Source: Mobula hypostoma (lineage: Eukaryota). From it: a stretch of 64,000 bases of DNA. Shown here piece by piece: positions 1 to 12,000 of this stretch; within the stretch, counting starts at the first letter, position 1; every line of letters starts with the position of its first letter. The notes under the pieces were generated by a model. That model searched no databases. It saw only the letters and a program-made list of their open reading frames with translations, and was not told the DNA's origin. Position numbers and translations under genes: made by a program. The stretch lies in contig NC_086097.1 of NCBI RefSeq assembly GCF_963921235.1, positions 90,584,001 through 90,648,000 of the forward strand, in the 5' to 3' direction.

Positions 1-3000
1 GAAGCCACGAGGATCCTGCAGGTGAGCTCCAAGAACCCAAGCCTCGAGGATCCCGCAGCCGAGCTCCAAGAACCCAAGCCTCGAGGATCCCGCAGCCGAG
101 CTCCAAGAACCCAAGCCTCGAGGATCCCGCAGCCGAGCTCCAGGAACCCAAGCCTCGAGGAATCTGCGGCCGAACCCCAGAACCCAAGCCTCGTTCATCC
201 CGCGGCCGAGCTCCAGGAACCCAAGCCTCGAGGATCCCGCGGCCGAGCTCCAAGAACCCAAGCCTCGAGGATCCTGCGGCCGAGCTCCAAGAACCCAAGC
301 CTCGAGGATCCCGCGGCCGAGCTCCAAGAACCCAAGCCTCGAGGATCCCGCGGCCGAGCTCCAAGAACCCAAGCCTGGAGGATCCCGCGGCCGAGCTCCA
401 GGAACCCAAGCCTCGAGGATCCCGCGGCCGAGCTCCAGGAACCGTAGCCTCGAGTAACCCGTGGCCGAGCTCCAGGAACAGAAGCCTCGAGGATCCCGCG
501 GCCGAGCTCCAGGAACCCAAGCCTCGAGGATCCCGCGGCCGAGCTCCAGGAACCCAAGCCTCGAGGATCCCGCGGCCGAGCTCCAAGAACCCAAGCCTGT
601 AGGATCCCGCGGCCGAGCTCCAAGAACCCAAGCCTCTAGGAGCCCACAGCTGAGCTCCAAGAACCCAAGACTCGACGATCCTGCGGCCGAGCTCCAAGAA
701 CCCAAGACTCGACAATCCTGTGGCCGAGCTCCAAGAACCCAAGCCTCGAGGATCCCGCAGCCGAGCTCCAAGAACCCAAGCCTCGAGGATCCCGCAGCCG
801 AGCTCCAAGAACCCAAGCCTCGAGAAACCTGCGGCCGAGCTCCAAGAGCCCAAGCCCCGAGGATCCTGCAGCCAAGCTGCTAGAATCCAAACCTCGAGGA
901 TCCCGCTGCCGAGCTCCAAGAACCCAAGCCTCGAGGATCCCGCGGCCGAGCTCCAAGAACCCAAGCCTCGAGGATCCCGCAGCCGAGCTCCAAGAACCCA
1001 AGCCTCGAGGATCCCGCAGCTGAGCTCCAAGAACCCAAGCCTCGAGGATCCCGCATCGAGTTGCAGGCTCAAGACCCAAGGCTTAAGGACCATGCAGACG
1101 ATCCCGAGGCCCAAGGCCCAAGACTCCTGTACCCAAGCCTCAAGGACCCCGCAGCCGAGCCCAAGGCCCAAGACCCCAGCACTGAAGCCACGAGGATCCT
1201 GCAGGTGAGCTCCAAGAACCCAAGCCTCGAGGATCCCGCAGCCGAGCTCCAAGAACCCAAGCCTCGAGGAGCCCGCAGCCGAGCTCCAAGAACCCAAGCC
1301 TCGAGGATCCCGCAGCCGAGCTCCAAGAACCCAAGCCTCGAGGATCCCACAGCCGAGCTCCAAGAACCCAAGCCTGGAGGATCCCGCGGCCGAGCTCCAA
1401 GAGCCCAAGCCCCGAGGATCCTGCAGCCGAGCTGCTAGAATCCAAACCTCGAGGATCCAGCTGCCGAGCTCCAAGAACCCAAGCCTCGAGGATCCCGCAG
1501 CCGAGCTCAGGGCCCAAGATCCCAGCACCCAAGCCTCGAGGATCCCGCAGCCGAGCTTCAAGAGCCCAAGCCTCTAGGATCCCGCAGCCGAGCTCCAAGA
1601 TCCGATGTCTCGAGGAACCCGCAGCTGAGCTGCAGGCTCAAGACCCAAGGCTCGAGGACCGTGCAGCCGAGCCCAAGGCCCAAAACCCCAGCACCCAAGC
1701 ATCGAGGACCCCGCATCCGAGCAACAAGAACCGAAGCCTCGAGGATCCCGCATCCGAGCTCCAAGAACCCAAGCCTCGAGGATCCCCCAGCCGAGCCCCA
1801 AGAACCCAAGCCTGGAGGATCCCGCGGCCGAGCTCCAAGAACCCAAGCCTGGAGGATCCCGCGGCCGAGCTCCAAGAACCCAAGCCTGGAGGATCCCGCG
1901 GCCGAGCTCCAAGAACCCAAGCCTCGAGGATCCCGCGGCCGAGCTCCAAGAACCCAAGCCTGGAGGATCCCGCGGCCGAGCTCCAAGAACCCAAGCCTGG
2001 AGGACCCCGCGGCCGAGCTCCAAGAACCCAAGCCTCGAGGATCCCGCGGCCGAGCTCCAAGAACCCAAGCCTCGAGGATCCCGCAGCCGAGCTCCAAGAA
2101 CCCAAGCCTGAAGGATCCCGCTGCCGAGCTCCAAGAACCCAAGCCTGGAGGATCCCGCGGCCGAGTTCCAAGAACCCAAGCCTGGAGGATCCCGCGGCCG
2201 AGTTCCAAGAACCCAAGCCTGGAGGATCCCGCGGCCGAGTTCCAAGAACCCCAGCCTGGAGGATCACGCGGCCGAGTTCCAAGAACCCAAGCCTGGAGAA
2301 TCCCGCGGCTGATCTCCAAGAACCCAAGCCTGGAGGTTCCCCCGGCCGAGCTCCAAGAACTCAAGCCTGGAGGTTCCCGCGGCCGAGCTCCAAGAACCCA
2401 AGCCTGGAGGTTCCCGCGGCCGAGCTCCAAGAACCCAAGCCTGGAGGTTCCCGCGGCCGAGCTCCAAGAACCCAAGCCTGGAGGATCCCGCGGCCGAGTT
2501 CCAAGAACCCAAGCCTGGAGGATCCCGCGGCCGAGTTCCAAGAACCCAAGCCTGGAGGATCCCGCGGCCGTGTTCCAAGAACCCAAGCCTGGAGGATCTC
2601 GCGGCTGAGTTCCAAGAACCCAAGCCTGGAGGATCCCGCAGCCGAGTTCCAAGAACCCAAGCCTGGAGGATCCCGCGGCCGAGTTCCAAGAACCCCAGCC
2701 TGGAGGATCACGCGGCCGAGTTCCAAGAACCCAAGCCTGGAGAATCCCGCGGCCGATCTCCAAGCACCCAAGCCTGGAGGTTCCCCCGGCCGAGCTCCAA
2801 GAACTCAAGCCTGGAGGTTCCCGCGGCCGAGCTCCAAGAACCCAAGCCTGGAGGTTCCCGCGGCCGACCTCCAAGAACCCAAGCCTGGAGGACCCCGCGG
2901 CCGAGCTCCAAGAACCCAAGCCTGGAGGACCCCGCGGCCGAGCTCCAAGAACCCAAGCCTCGAGGATCCCGCGGCCGAGTTCCAATAACCCAAGCCTCGA

Positions 3001-6000
3001 GGATCCCGCAGCCGAGCTCCAAGAGCCCAAGCCTCGAGGATCCCGCGGCCGAGCTCCAAGAACCCAAGCCTCGAGGATCCCGCAGCCGAGCTCCAAGAAC
3101 CCAAGCCTCGAGGATCCCGCAGCCGAGCTCCAAGAACCCAAGCCTCGAGGATCCCGCAGCCGAGCTCCAAGAACCCAAGCCTCGAGGATCCCGCAGCCGA
3201 GCTTCAAGTGCCCAAGTCTCGAGGATCCCACATCCGAGGTGCAAGAGCGCAATCCTCGAGGATCTCGCAGCCGAGCTCCAAGTATCGAAGTCTCGAGGAA
3301 CCCGCAGCCGAGCTGCAGGCTCAAGACCAAAGGCTCGAGGACCGTGCAGCCAAGCCCAAGGCCCAAGACTCCCACACCCAAGCCTCGAGGAGCCCCCAGC
3401 CGAGCTCCAAGAACCGAAGCCTCGAGGATCCTGCATCCGAGCTCAAAAAACCGAAGCCTCGAGGATCCCGCGGCCGAGATCCAAGAACCCAAGCCTCGAG
3501 GATCCCGCGGCCGAGATCCAAGAACCCAAGCCTCGAGGATCCCGCGGCCGAGCTCCAAGAACCCAAGCCTCGAGGATCCCGCGGCCGAGCCCCAGGAACC
3601 CAAGCCTCGAGGATCCCGCGGCCGAGCTCCAAGAACCCAAGCCTGTAGGATCCCGCGGCCGAACTCCAAGAACCCAAGCCTCTCGGAGCCCAGAGCTGAG
3701 CTCCAAGAACCCAAGACTCGACGATCCTGCGGCCGAGCTCCAAGAACCCAAGCCTCGAGGATCCTGTGGCCGAGCTCCAAGAACCCAAGCCTCGAGGATC
3801 CCGCAGCCGAGCTCCAAGAACCCAAGCCTCGAGGAGCCCGCAGCTGAGCTCCAAGAACCCAAGCCTCGACGATCCTGCGGCCGAGCTCCAAGAACCCAAG
3901 CCTGGAGAAACCCGCGGCCCAGCTCCAAGAGCCCAAGCCCCGAGGATCCTGCAGCCAAGCTGCTAGAATCCAAACCTCGAGGATCCAGCTGCCGAGCTCC
4001 AAGAGCCCAAGCCTCGAGGATCCCGCAGCCGAGCTCCAAGAGCCCAAGCCTCGAGGATCCCACAGCCGAGATCCAAGAACCCAGGCCTCTAGGAACCCGC
4101 AGCTGAGCTCCAAGAACCCAAGCCTCGAGGATCCCGCATCGAGTTGCAGGCTCAAGACCCAAGGCTTAAGGACCATGCAGACGATCCCGAGGCCCAAGGC
4201 CCAAGACTCCTGTACCCAAGCCTCAAGGACCCCGCAGCCGAGCCCAAGGCCCAAGACCCCAGCACTGAAGCCACGAGGATCCTGCAGGTGAGCTCCAAGA
4301 ACCCAAGCCTCGAGGATCCCGCAGCCGAGCTCCAAGAACCCAAGCCTCGAGGAGCCCGCAGCTGAACTCCAAGAACCCAAGCCTCGAGGATCCCGCAGCC
4401 GAGCTCCAAGAACCCAAGCCTCGAGGATCCCACAGCCGAGCTCCAAGAACCCAAGCCTGGAGGATCCCGCGGCCGAGCTCCAAGAGCCCAAGCCCCGAGG
4501 ATCCCGCAGCCGAGCTGCTAGAATCCAAACCTCGAGGATCCAGCTGCCGAGCTCCAAGAACCCAAGCCTCGAGGATCCCGCAGCCGAGCTCAAGGCCCAA
4601 GATCCCAGCACCCAAGCCTCGAGGATCCCGCAGCCGAGCTTCAAGAGCCCAAGCCTCTAGGATCCCGCAGCCGAGCTCCAAGATCCGATGTCTTGAGGAA
4701 CCCGCAGCTGAGCTGCAGGCTCAAGACCCAAGGCTCGAGGACCGTGTAGCCGAGCCCAAGGCCCAAAACCCCAGCACCCAAGCATCGAGGACCCCGCATC
4801 CGAGCAACAAGAACCGAAGCCTCGAGGATCCTGCATCTGAGCTCCAAGAACCCAAGCCTCGAGGATCCCCCAGCCGAGCCCCAAGAACCGAAGCCTCGAG
4901 GATCCCGCGGCCGAGCTCCAAGAACCCAAGCCTGGAGGATCCCGTGGCCGAGCTCCAAGAACCCAAGCCTGGAGGATCCCGCGGCCGAGCTCCAAGAACC
5001 CAAGCCTGGAGGATCCCGCGGCCGAGTTCCAAGAACCCAAGCCTGGAGGATCCCGCGGCCGAGCTCCAAGAACCCAAGCCTCGAGGATCCCGCGGCCGAG
5101 CTCCAAGAACCCAAGCCTCGAGGATCCCGCGGCCGAGCTCCAAGAACCCAAGCCTGGAGGATCCCGCGGCCGAGTTCCAAGAACCCAAGCCTGGAGGATC
5201 CCGCGGCCGAGTTCCAAGAACCCAAGCCTGGAGGATCCCGCGGCCGAGTTCCAAGAACTCAAGCCTGGAGGATCACGCGGCCGAGTTCCAAGAACCCAAG
5301 CCTGGAGGATCCCGCGGCCGAGTTCCAAGAACCCAAGCCTGGAGGATCCCGCGGCCGAGTTCCAAGAACCCAAGCCTGGAGGATCCTGCGGCCGAGCTCC
5401 AAGAACCCAAGCCTCGAGGATCCCGCGGCCGAGCTCCAAGAACCCAAGCCTCGAGGATCCCGCGGCCGAGCTCCAAGAACCCAAGCCTGGAGGATCCCGC
5501 GGCCGAGCTCCAAGAACCCAAGCCTGGAGGTTCCCGCGGCCGAGCTCCAAGAACCCAAGCCTGGAGGATCCCGCGGCCGAGCTCCAAGAACCCAAGCCTC
5601 GAGGATCCCGCGGCCGAGCTCCAAGAACCCAAGCCTCGAGGATCCCGCGGCCGAGCTCCAAGAACCCAAGCCTGGAGGATCCCGCGGCCGAGTTCCAATA
5701 ACCCAAGCCTCGAGGATCCCGCAGCCGAGCTTCAAGAGCCCAAGCCTGGAGGATCCCACATCCGAGGTCCAAGAGCGCAAGCCCCGAGGATCCCGCAGCC
5801 GAGCTGCTAGAATCCAAACCTCGAGGATCCCGCAGCCGAGCTCCAAGAACCCAAGCCTCGAGGATCCCGCAGCCGAGCTCAGGGCCCAAGATCCCAGCAC
5901 CCAAGCCTCGAGGATCCCGCAGCCGAGCTTCAAGAGCCCAAGGCTCGAGGATCCCACATCCGAGGTGCAAGAGCGCAAGCCTCGAGGATCCCGCAGCCGA

Positions 6001-9000
6001 GCTCCAAGAACCGAAGTCTCGAGGAACCCGCAGCCGAGCTGCAGGCTCAAGACCCAAGGCTCGAGGACCGTGCAGCCAAGCCCAAGGCCCAAGACTCCCG
6101 CACCCAAGCCTCGAGGAGCCCGCAGCCGAGCTCCAAGAACCGAAGCCTCGAGGATCCTGCATCCGAGCTCCAAAAACCGAAGCCTCGAGGATCCCGCGGC
6201 CGAGCTCCAAGAACCCAAGCCTCGAGGATCCCGCGGCCGAGCTCCAAGAACCCAAGCCTCGAGGATCCCGCGGCCGAGCTCCAAGAACCCAAGCCTCGAG
6301 GATCCCGCGGCCGAGCCCCAGGAACCCAAGCCTCGAGGTCCCGCGGCCGAGCCCCAGGAACCCAAGCCTCGAGGAACCCGCGGCCGAGCTCCAAGAACCC
6401 AAGACTCGAGGAACCCACGGCCGAGCTCCAAGAACCCAAGCCTCGAGGTCCCGCGGCCGAGCTCCAGGAACCCAAGCCTCGAGGATCCCGCGGCCGAGCT
6501 CCAGGAACCCAAGCCTCGAGGATCCCGCGGCCGAGCTCCAAGAACCCAAGCCTCGAGGATCCCGCGGCCGAGCTCCAGGAACCCAAGCCTCGAGGATCCC
6601 GCGGCCGAGCTCCAAGAACCCAAGCCTGGAGGATCCCGCGGCCGAGCTCCAAGAACCCAAGCCTCGAGGATCCCGCGGCCGAGCTCCAAGAACCCAAGCC
6701 TCGAGGATCCCGCGGCCGAGCTCCAAGAACCGAAGCCTCGTGGATCCCGCGGCCGAGCTCCAAGAACCCAAGCCTCGAGGATCCCGCGGCCGAGCTCCAG
6801 GAACCCAAGCCTCGAGGATCCCGCGGCCGAGCTCCAGGAACCCAAGCCTCGAGGATCCCGCGGCCGAGCTCCAAGAACCCAAGCCTCGAGGATCCCGCGG
6901 CCGAGCTCCAAGAACCCAAGCCTCGAGGATCCCGCGGCCGAGCTCCAGGAACCCAAGCCTCGAGGATCCCGCGGCCGAGCTCCAAGAACCCAAGCCTCGA
7001 GGATCCCGCGGCCGAGCTCCAAGAACCCAAGCCTCGAGGATCCCGCGGCCGAGCTCCAAGAACCCAAGCCTCGAGGATCCCGCGGCCGAGCTCCAAGAAC
7101 CCAAGCCTCGAGGATCCCGCGGCCGAGCTCCAGGAACCCAAGCCTCGAGGAACCCGCGGCCGAGCTCCAAGAACCCAAGCCTCGAGGATCCCGCGGCCGA
7201 GCTCCAGGAACCCAAGCCTCGAGGATCCCGCGGCCGAGCTCCAAGAACCCAAGCCTCGAGGATCCCGCGGCCGAGCTCCAAGAACCCAAGCCTCGAGGAT
7301 CCCGCAGCCGAGCTCCAGGAACCCAAGCCTCGAGGATCCCGCGGCCGAGATCCAAGAACCCAAGCCTGGAGGATCCAGCGGCCGAGCTCCAGGAACCCAA
7401 GCCTCGAGGATCCCGCTGCCGAGCTCCAGGAACCGTAGTCTCGAGTAACCCGTGGCCGAGCTCCAGGAACAGAAGCCTCGAGGATCCCGCGGCCGAGCTC
7501 CAAGAACCCAAGCCTCGAGGATCCCGCAGCCGAGCTCCAAGAACCCAAGCCTCGAGGATCCCACAGCCGAGCTCCAAGAACCCAAGCCTGGAGGATCCCG
7601 CGGCCGAGCTCCAAGAGCCCAAGCCCCGAGGATCCTGCAGCCGAGCTGCTAGAATCCAAACCTCGAGGATCCAGCTGCCGAGCTCCAAGAACCCAAGTCT
7701 CGAGGATCCCGCAGCCGAGCTCAGGGCCCAAGATCCCAGCACCCAAGCCTCGAGGATCCCGCAGCCGAGCTTCAAGAGCCCAAGCCTCTAGGATCCCGCA
7801 GCCGAGCTCCAAGATCCGATGTCTCGAGGAACCCGCAGCTGAGCTGCAGGCTCAAGACCCAAGGCTCGAGGACCGTGCAGCCGAGCCCAAGGCCCAAAAC
7901 CCCAGCACCCAAGCATCGAGGACCCCGCATCCGAGCAACAAGAACCCAAGCCTCGAGGATCCCGCGGCCGAGTTCCAAGAACCCAAGCCTCGAGGATCCC
8001 GCGGCCGAGCTCCAAGAACCCAAGCCTCGAGGATCCCGCGGCCGAGCTCCAAGAACCCAAGCCTCGAGGATCCCGCGGCCGAGCTCCAAGAACCCAAGCC
8101 TGGAGGACCCCGCGGCCGAGCTCCAAGAACCCAAGCCTCGAGGATCCCGCGGCCGAGCTCCAAGAACCCAAGCCTCGAGGATCCCGCGGCCGAGCTCCAA
8201 GAACCCAAGCCTGGAGGATCCCGCGGCCGAGCTCCAAGAACCCAAGCCTGGAGGATCCCGCGGCCGAGTTCCAAGAACCCAAGCCTGGAGGATCCCGCGG
8301 CCGAGCTCCAAGAACCCAAGCCTGGAGGATCCCGCGGCCGAGCTCCAGGAACCCAAGCCTCGAGGATCCCGCGGCCGAGCTCCAAGAACCCAAGCCTCGA
8401 GGATCCCGCGGCCGAGCTCCAAGAACCCAAGCCTCGAGGATCCCGCGGCCGAGCTCCAGGAACCCAAGCCTCGAGGAACCCGCGGCCGAGCTCCAAGAAC
8501 CCAAGCCTCGAGGATCCCGCGGCCGAGCTCCAGAACCCAAGCCTGAGGATCCCGCGGCCGAGCTCCAAGGAACCCAAGCCTCGAGGATCCCGCGGCCGAG
8601 CCCAAGAACCCAAGCCTCGAGGAATCCCGCGGCCGAGCTCCAGGAACCCAAGCCTCAAGGAACCCGCGGCGAGCTCCAGGAACCCAAGACTCGAGGACCC
8701 CGGCCGAGCTCCAAGACCCAAGCCCTGAGGTCCCGCGGCCGAGCCCCAGGAACCCAAGCCTCGAGGATCCCGCGGCCGAGCTCCAAGAACCCAAGCCTCA
8801 GGAACCCGCGGACCGAGCTCCAAGAACCCAAGCCTCGAGGATCCCGCGGCCGAGCTCCAAGAACCCAAGCCTCGAGGAACCCGCGGCCGAGCTCCAGAAC
8901 CCAAGCCTCGAGGATCCCGCGGCCGAGCTCCAGAACCCAAGCCTCGAGGATCCCGCGGCCGAGCTCCAAGAACCCAAGCCTCGAGGATCCCGCGGCCGAG

Positions 9001-12000
9001 CTCCAGAACCCAAGCCTGAGGATCCCGCGGCCGAGCTCCAGGAACCCAAGCCTCGAGGATCCCGCGGCCGAGCTCCAAGAACCCAAGCCTCGAGGATCCC
9101 GCGGCCGAGCTCCAAGAACCCAAGCCTCGAGGAACCCGCGGCCGAGCTCCAAGAACCCAAGCCTCGAGGAACCCGCGGCCGAGCTCCAAGAACCCAAGCC
9201 TCGAGGATCCCGCGGCCGAGACCCAGGAACCCAAGCCTCGAGGATCCCGCGGCCGAGCTCCAAGAACCCAAGCCTACAGGATCTCGCGGCCGAGCTCAAA
9301 GAACCGAAGCCTCGAGATACCGCAGCCGAGCTCCAAGAACCGAAGCCTCGAGATCCCGCGGCCGAGCTCCAAGAACGGAAGCCTCGTGGATCCTGCAGCC
9401 GAGCTGCTAGAATCCAAACCTCGAGGATCCAGCTGCCGAGCTCCAAGAACCCAAGCCTCGAGGATCCCGCAGCCGAGCTCAGGGCCCAAGATCCCAGCAC
9501 CCAAGCCTCGAGGATCCCGCAGCCGAGCTTCAAGAGCCCAAGCCTCTAGGATCCCGCAGCCGAGCTCCAAGATCCGATGTCTCGAGGAACCCGCAGCTGA
9601 GCTGCAGGCTCAAGACCCAAGGCTCGAGGACCGTGCAGCCGAGCCCAAGGCCCAAAACCCCAGCACCCAAGCATCGAGGACCCCGCATCCGAGCAACAAG
9701 AACCGAAGCCTCGAGGATCCTGCATCCGAGCTCCAAGAACCCAAGCCTCGAGGATCCCGCAGCCGAGCTCCAAGAACCCAAGCCTCGAGGATCCCGCGGC
9801 CGAGCTCCAAGAACCCAAGCCTCGAGGATCCCGCGGCCGAGTTCCAAGAACCCAAGCCTCGAGGATCCCGCGGCCGATCTCCAAGAACCCAAGCCTCGAG
9901 GATCCCCCGGCCGAGCTCCAAGAACCCAAGCCTGGAGGTTCCCGCGGCCGAGCTCCAAGAACCCAAGCCTGGAGGTTCCCGCGGCCGAGCTCCAAGAACC
10001 CAAGCCTCGAGGATCCCGCGGCCGAGCTCCAAGAACCCAAGCCTGGAGGATCCCGCGGCCGAGCTCCAAGAACCCAAGCCTCGAGGATCCCGCGGCCGAG
10101 CTCCAAGAACCCAAGCCTCGAGGATCCCGCGGCCGAGCTCCAAGAACCCAAGCCTCGAGGATCCCGCGGCCGAGCTCCAAGAACCCAAGCCTGGAGGATC
10201 TCGCGGCCGAGCTCCAAGAACCCAAGCCTGGAGGATCCCGCGGCCGAGTTCCAAGAACCCAAGCCTGGAGGATCCCGCGGCCGAGCTCCAAGAACCCAAG
10301 CCTGGAGGATCCCGCGGCCGAGCTCCAAGAACCCAAGCCTCGAGGTCCCGTGGCCGAGCTCCAAGAACCCAAGCCTCGAGGATCCCGCGGCCGAGCTCCA
10401 AGAACCCAAGCCTCGAGGAACCCGCGGCCGAGCTCCAAGAACCCAAGCCTCGAGGAACCTGCGGCCGAGCTCCAAGAACCCAAGCCTCGAGGATCCCGCG
10501 GCCGAGCTCCAAGAACCCAAGCCTCGAGGATCCCGCGGCCGAGCTCCAGGAACCCAAGCCTCGAGGATCCCGCGGCCGAGCCCCAGGAACCCAAGCCTCG
10601 AGGATCCCGCGGCCGAGCCCCAAGAACCCAAGCCTCGAGGATCCCGCGGCCGAGCTCCAAGAACCCAAGCCTCGAGGATCCCGCGGCCGAGCTCCAAGAA
10701 CCCAAGCCTCGAGGATCCCGCGGCCGAGCCCCAGGAACCCAAGCCTCGAGGATCCCGCGGCCGAGCCCCAGGAACCCAAGCCTCGAGGATCCCGCGGCCG
10801 AGCTCCAAGAACCCAAGCCTCGAGGATCCCGCGGCCGAGCTCCAAGAACCCAAGCCTCGAGGATCCCGCGGCCGAGCTCCAAGAACCCAAGCCTCGAGGA
10901 TCCCGCGGCCGAGCTCCAGGAACCCAAGCCTCGAGGATCCCGCGGCCGAGCTCCAAGAACCCAAGCCTCGAGGATCCCGCGGCCGAGCTCCAAGAACCCA
11001 AGCCTCGAGGATCCCGCGGCCGAGCTCCAGGAACCCAAGCCTCGAGGATCCCGCGGCCGAGCTCCAAGAACCCAAGCCTCGAGGATCCCGCGGCCGAGCT
11101 CCAAGAACCCAAGCCTCGAGGATCCCGCGGCCGAGCTCCAAGAACCCAAGCCTGGAGGATCCCGCGGCCGAGCTCCAAGAACCCAAGCCTCGAGGATCCC
11201 GCGGCCGAGCTCCAGGAACCCAAGCCTCGAGGATCCCGCGGCCGAGCTCCAGGAACCCAAGCCTCGAGGATCCCGCGGCCGAGCTCCAGGAACCCAAGCC
11301 TCGAGGATCCCGCGGCCGAGCTCCAAGAACCCAAGCCTGGAGGAACCCGCGGCCGAGCTCCAAGAGCCCAAGCCCCGAGGATCCCGCAGCCGAGCTGCTA
11401 GAATCCAAACCTCGAGGATCCAGCTGCCGAGCTCCAAGAACCCAAGCCTCGAGGATCCCGCAGCCGAGCTCAGGGCCCAAGATCCCAGCACCCAAGCCTC
11501 GAGGATCCCGCAGCCGAGCTTCAAGAGCCCAAGCCTCTAGGATCCCGCAGCCGAGCTCCAAGATCCGATGTCTCGAGGAACCCGCAGCTGAGCTGCAGGC
11601 TCAAGACCCAAGGCTCGAGGACCGTGCAGCCGAGCCCAAGGCCCAAAACCCCAGCACCCAAGCATCGAGGACCCCGCATCCGAGCAACAAGAACCGAAGC
11701 CTCGAGGATCCTGCATCCGACTCCAAGAACCCAAGCCTCGAGGATCCCGCAGCCGAGCTCCAAGAACCCAAGCCTCGAGGATCCCGCGGCCGAGCTCCAA
11801 GAACCCAAGCCTGGAGGATCCCGCGGCCGAGCTCCAAGAACCCAAGCCTGGAGGATCCCGCGGCCGAGCTCCAAGAACCCAAGCCTCGAGGATCCCGCGG
11901 CCGAGCTCCAAGAACCCAAGCCTCGAGGATCCCGCGGCCGAGCTCCAAGAACCCAAGCCTCGAGGATCCCGCGGCCGAGTCAAGAACCCAAGCCTCGAGG

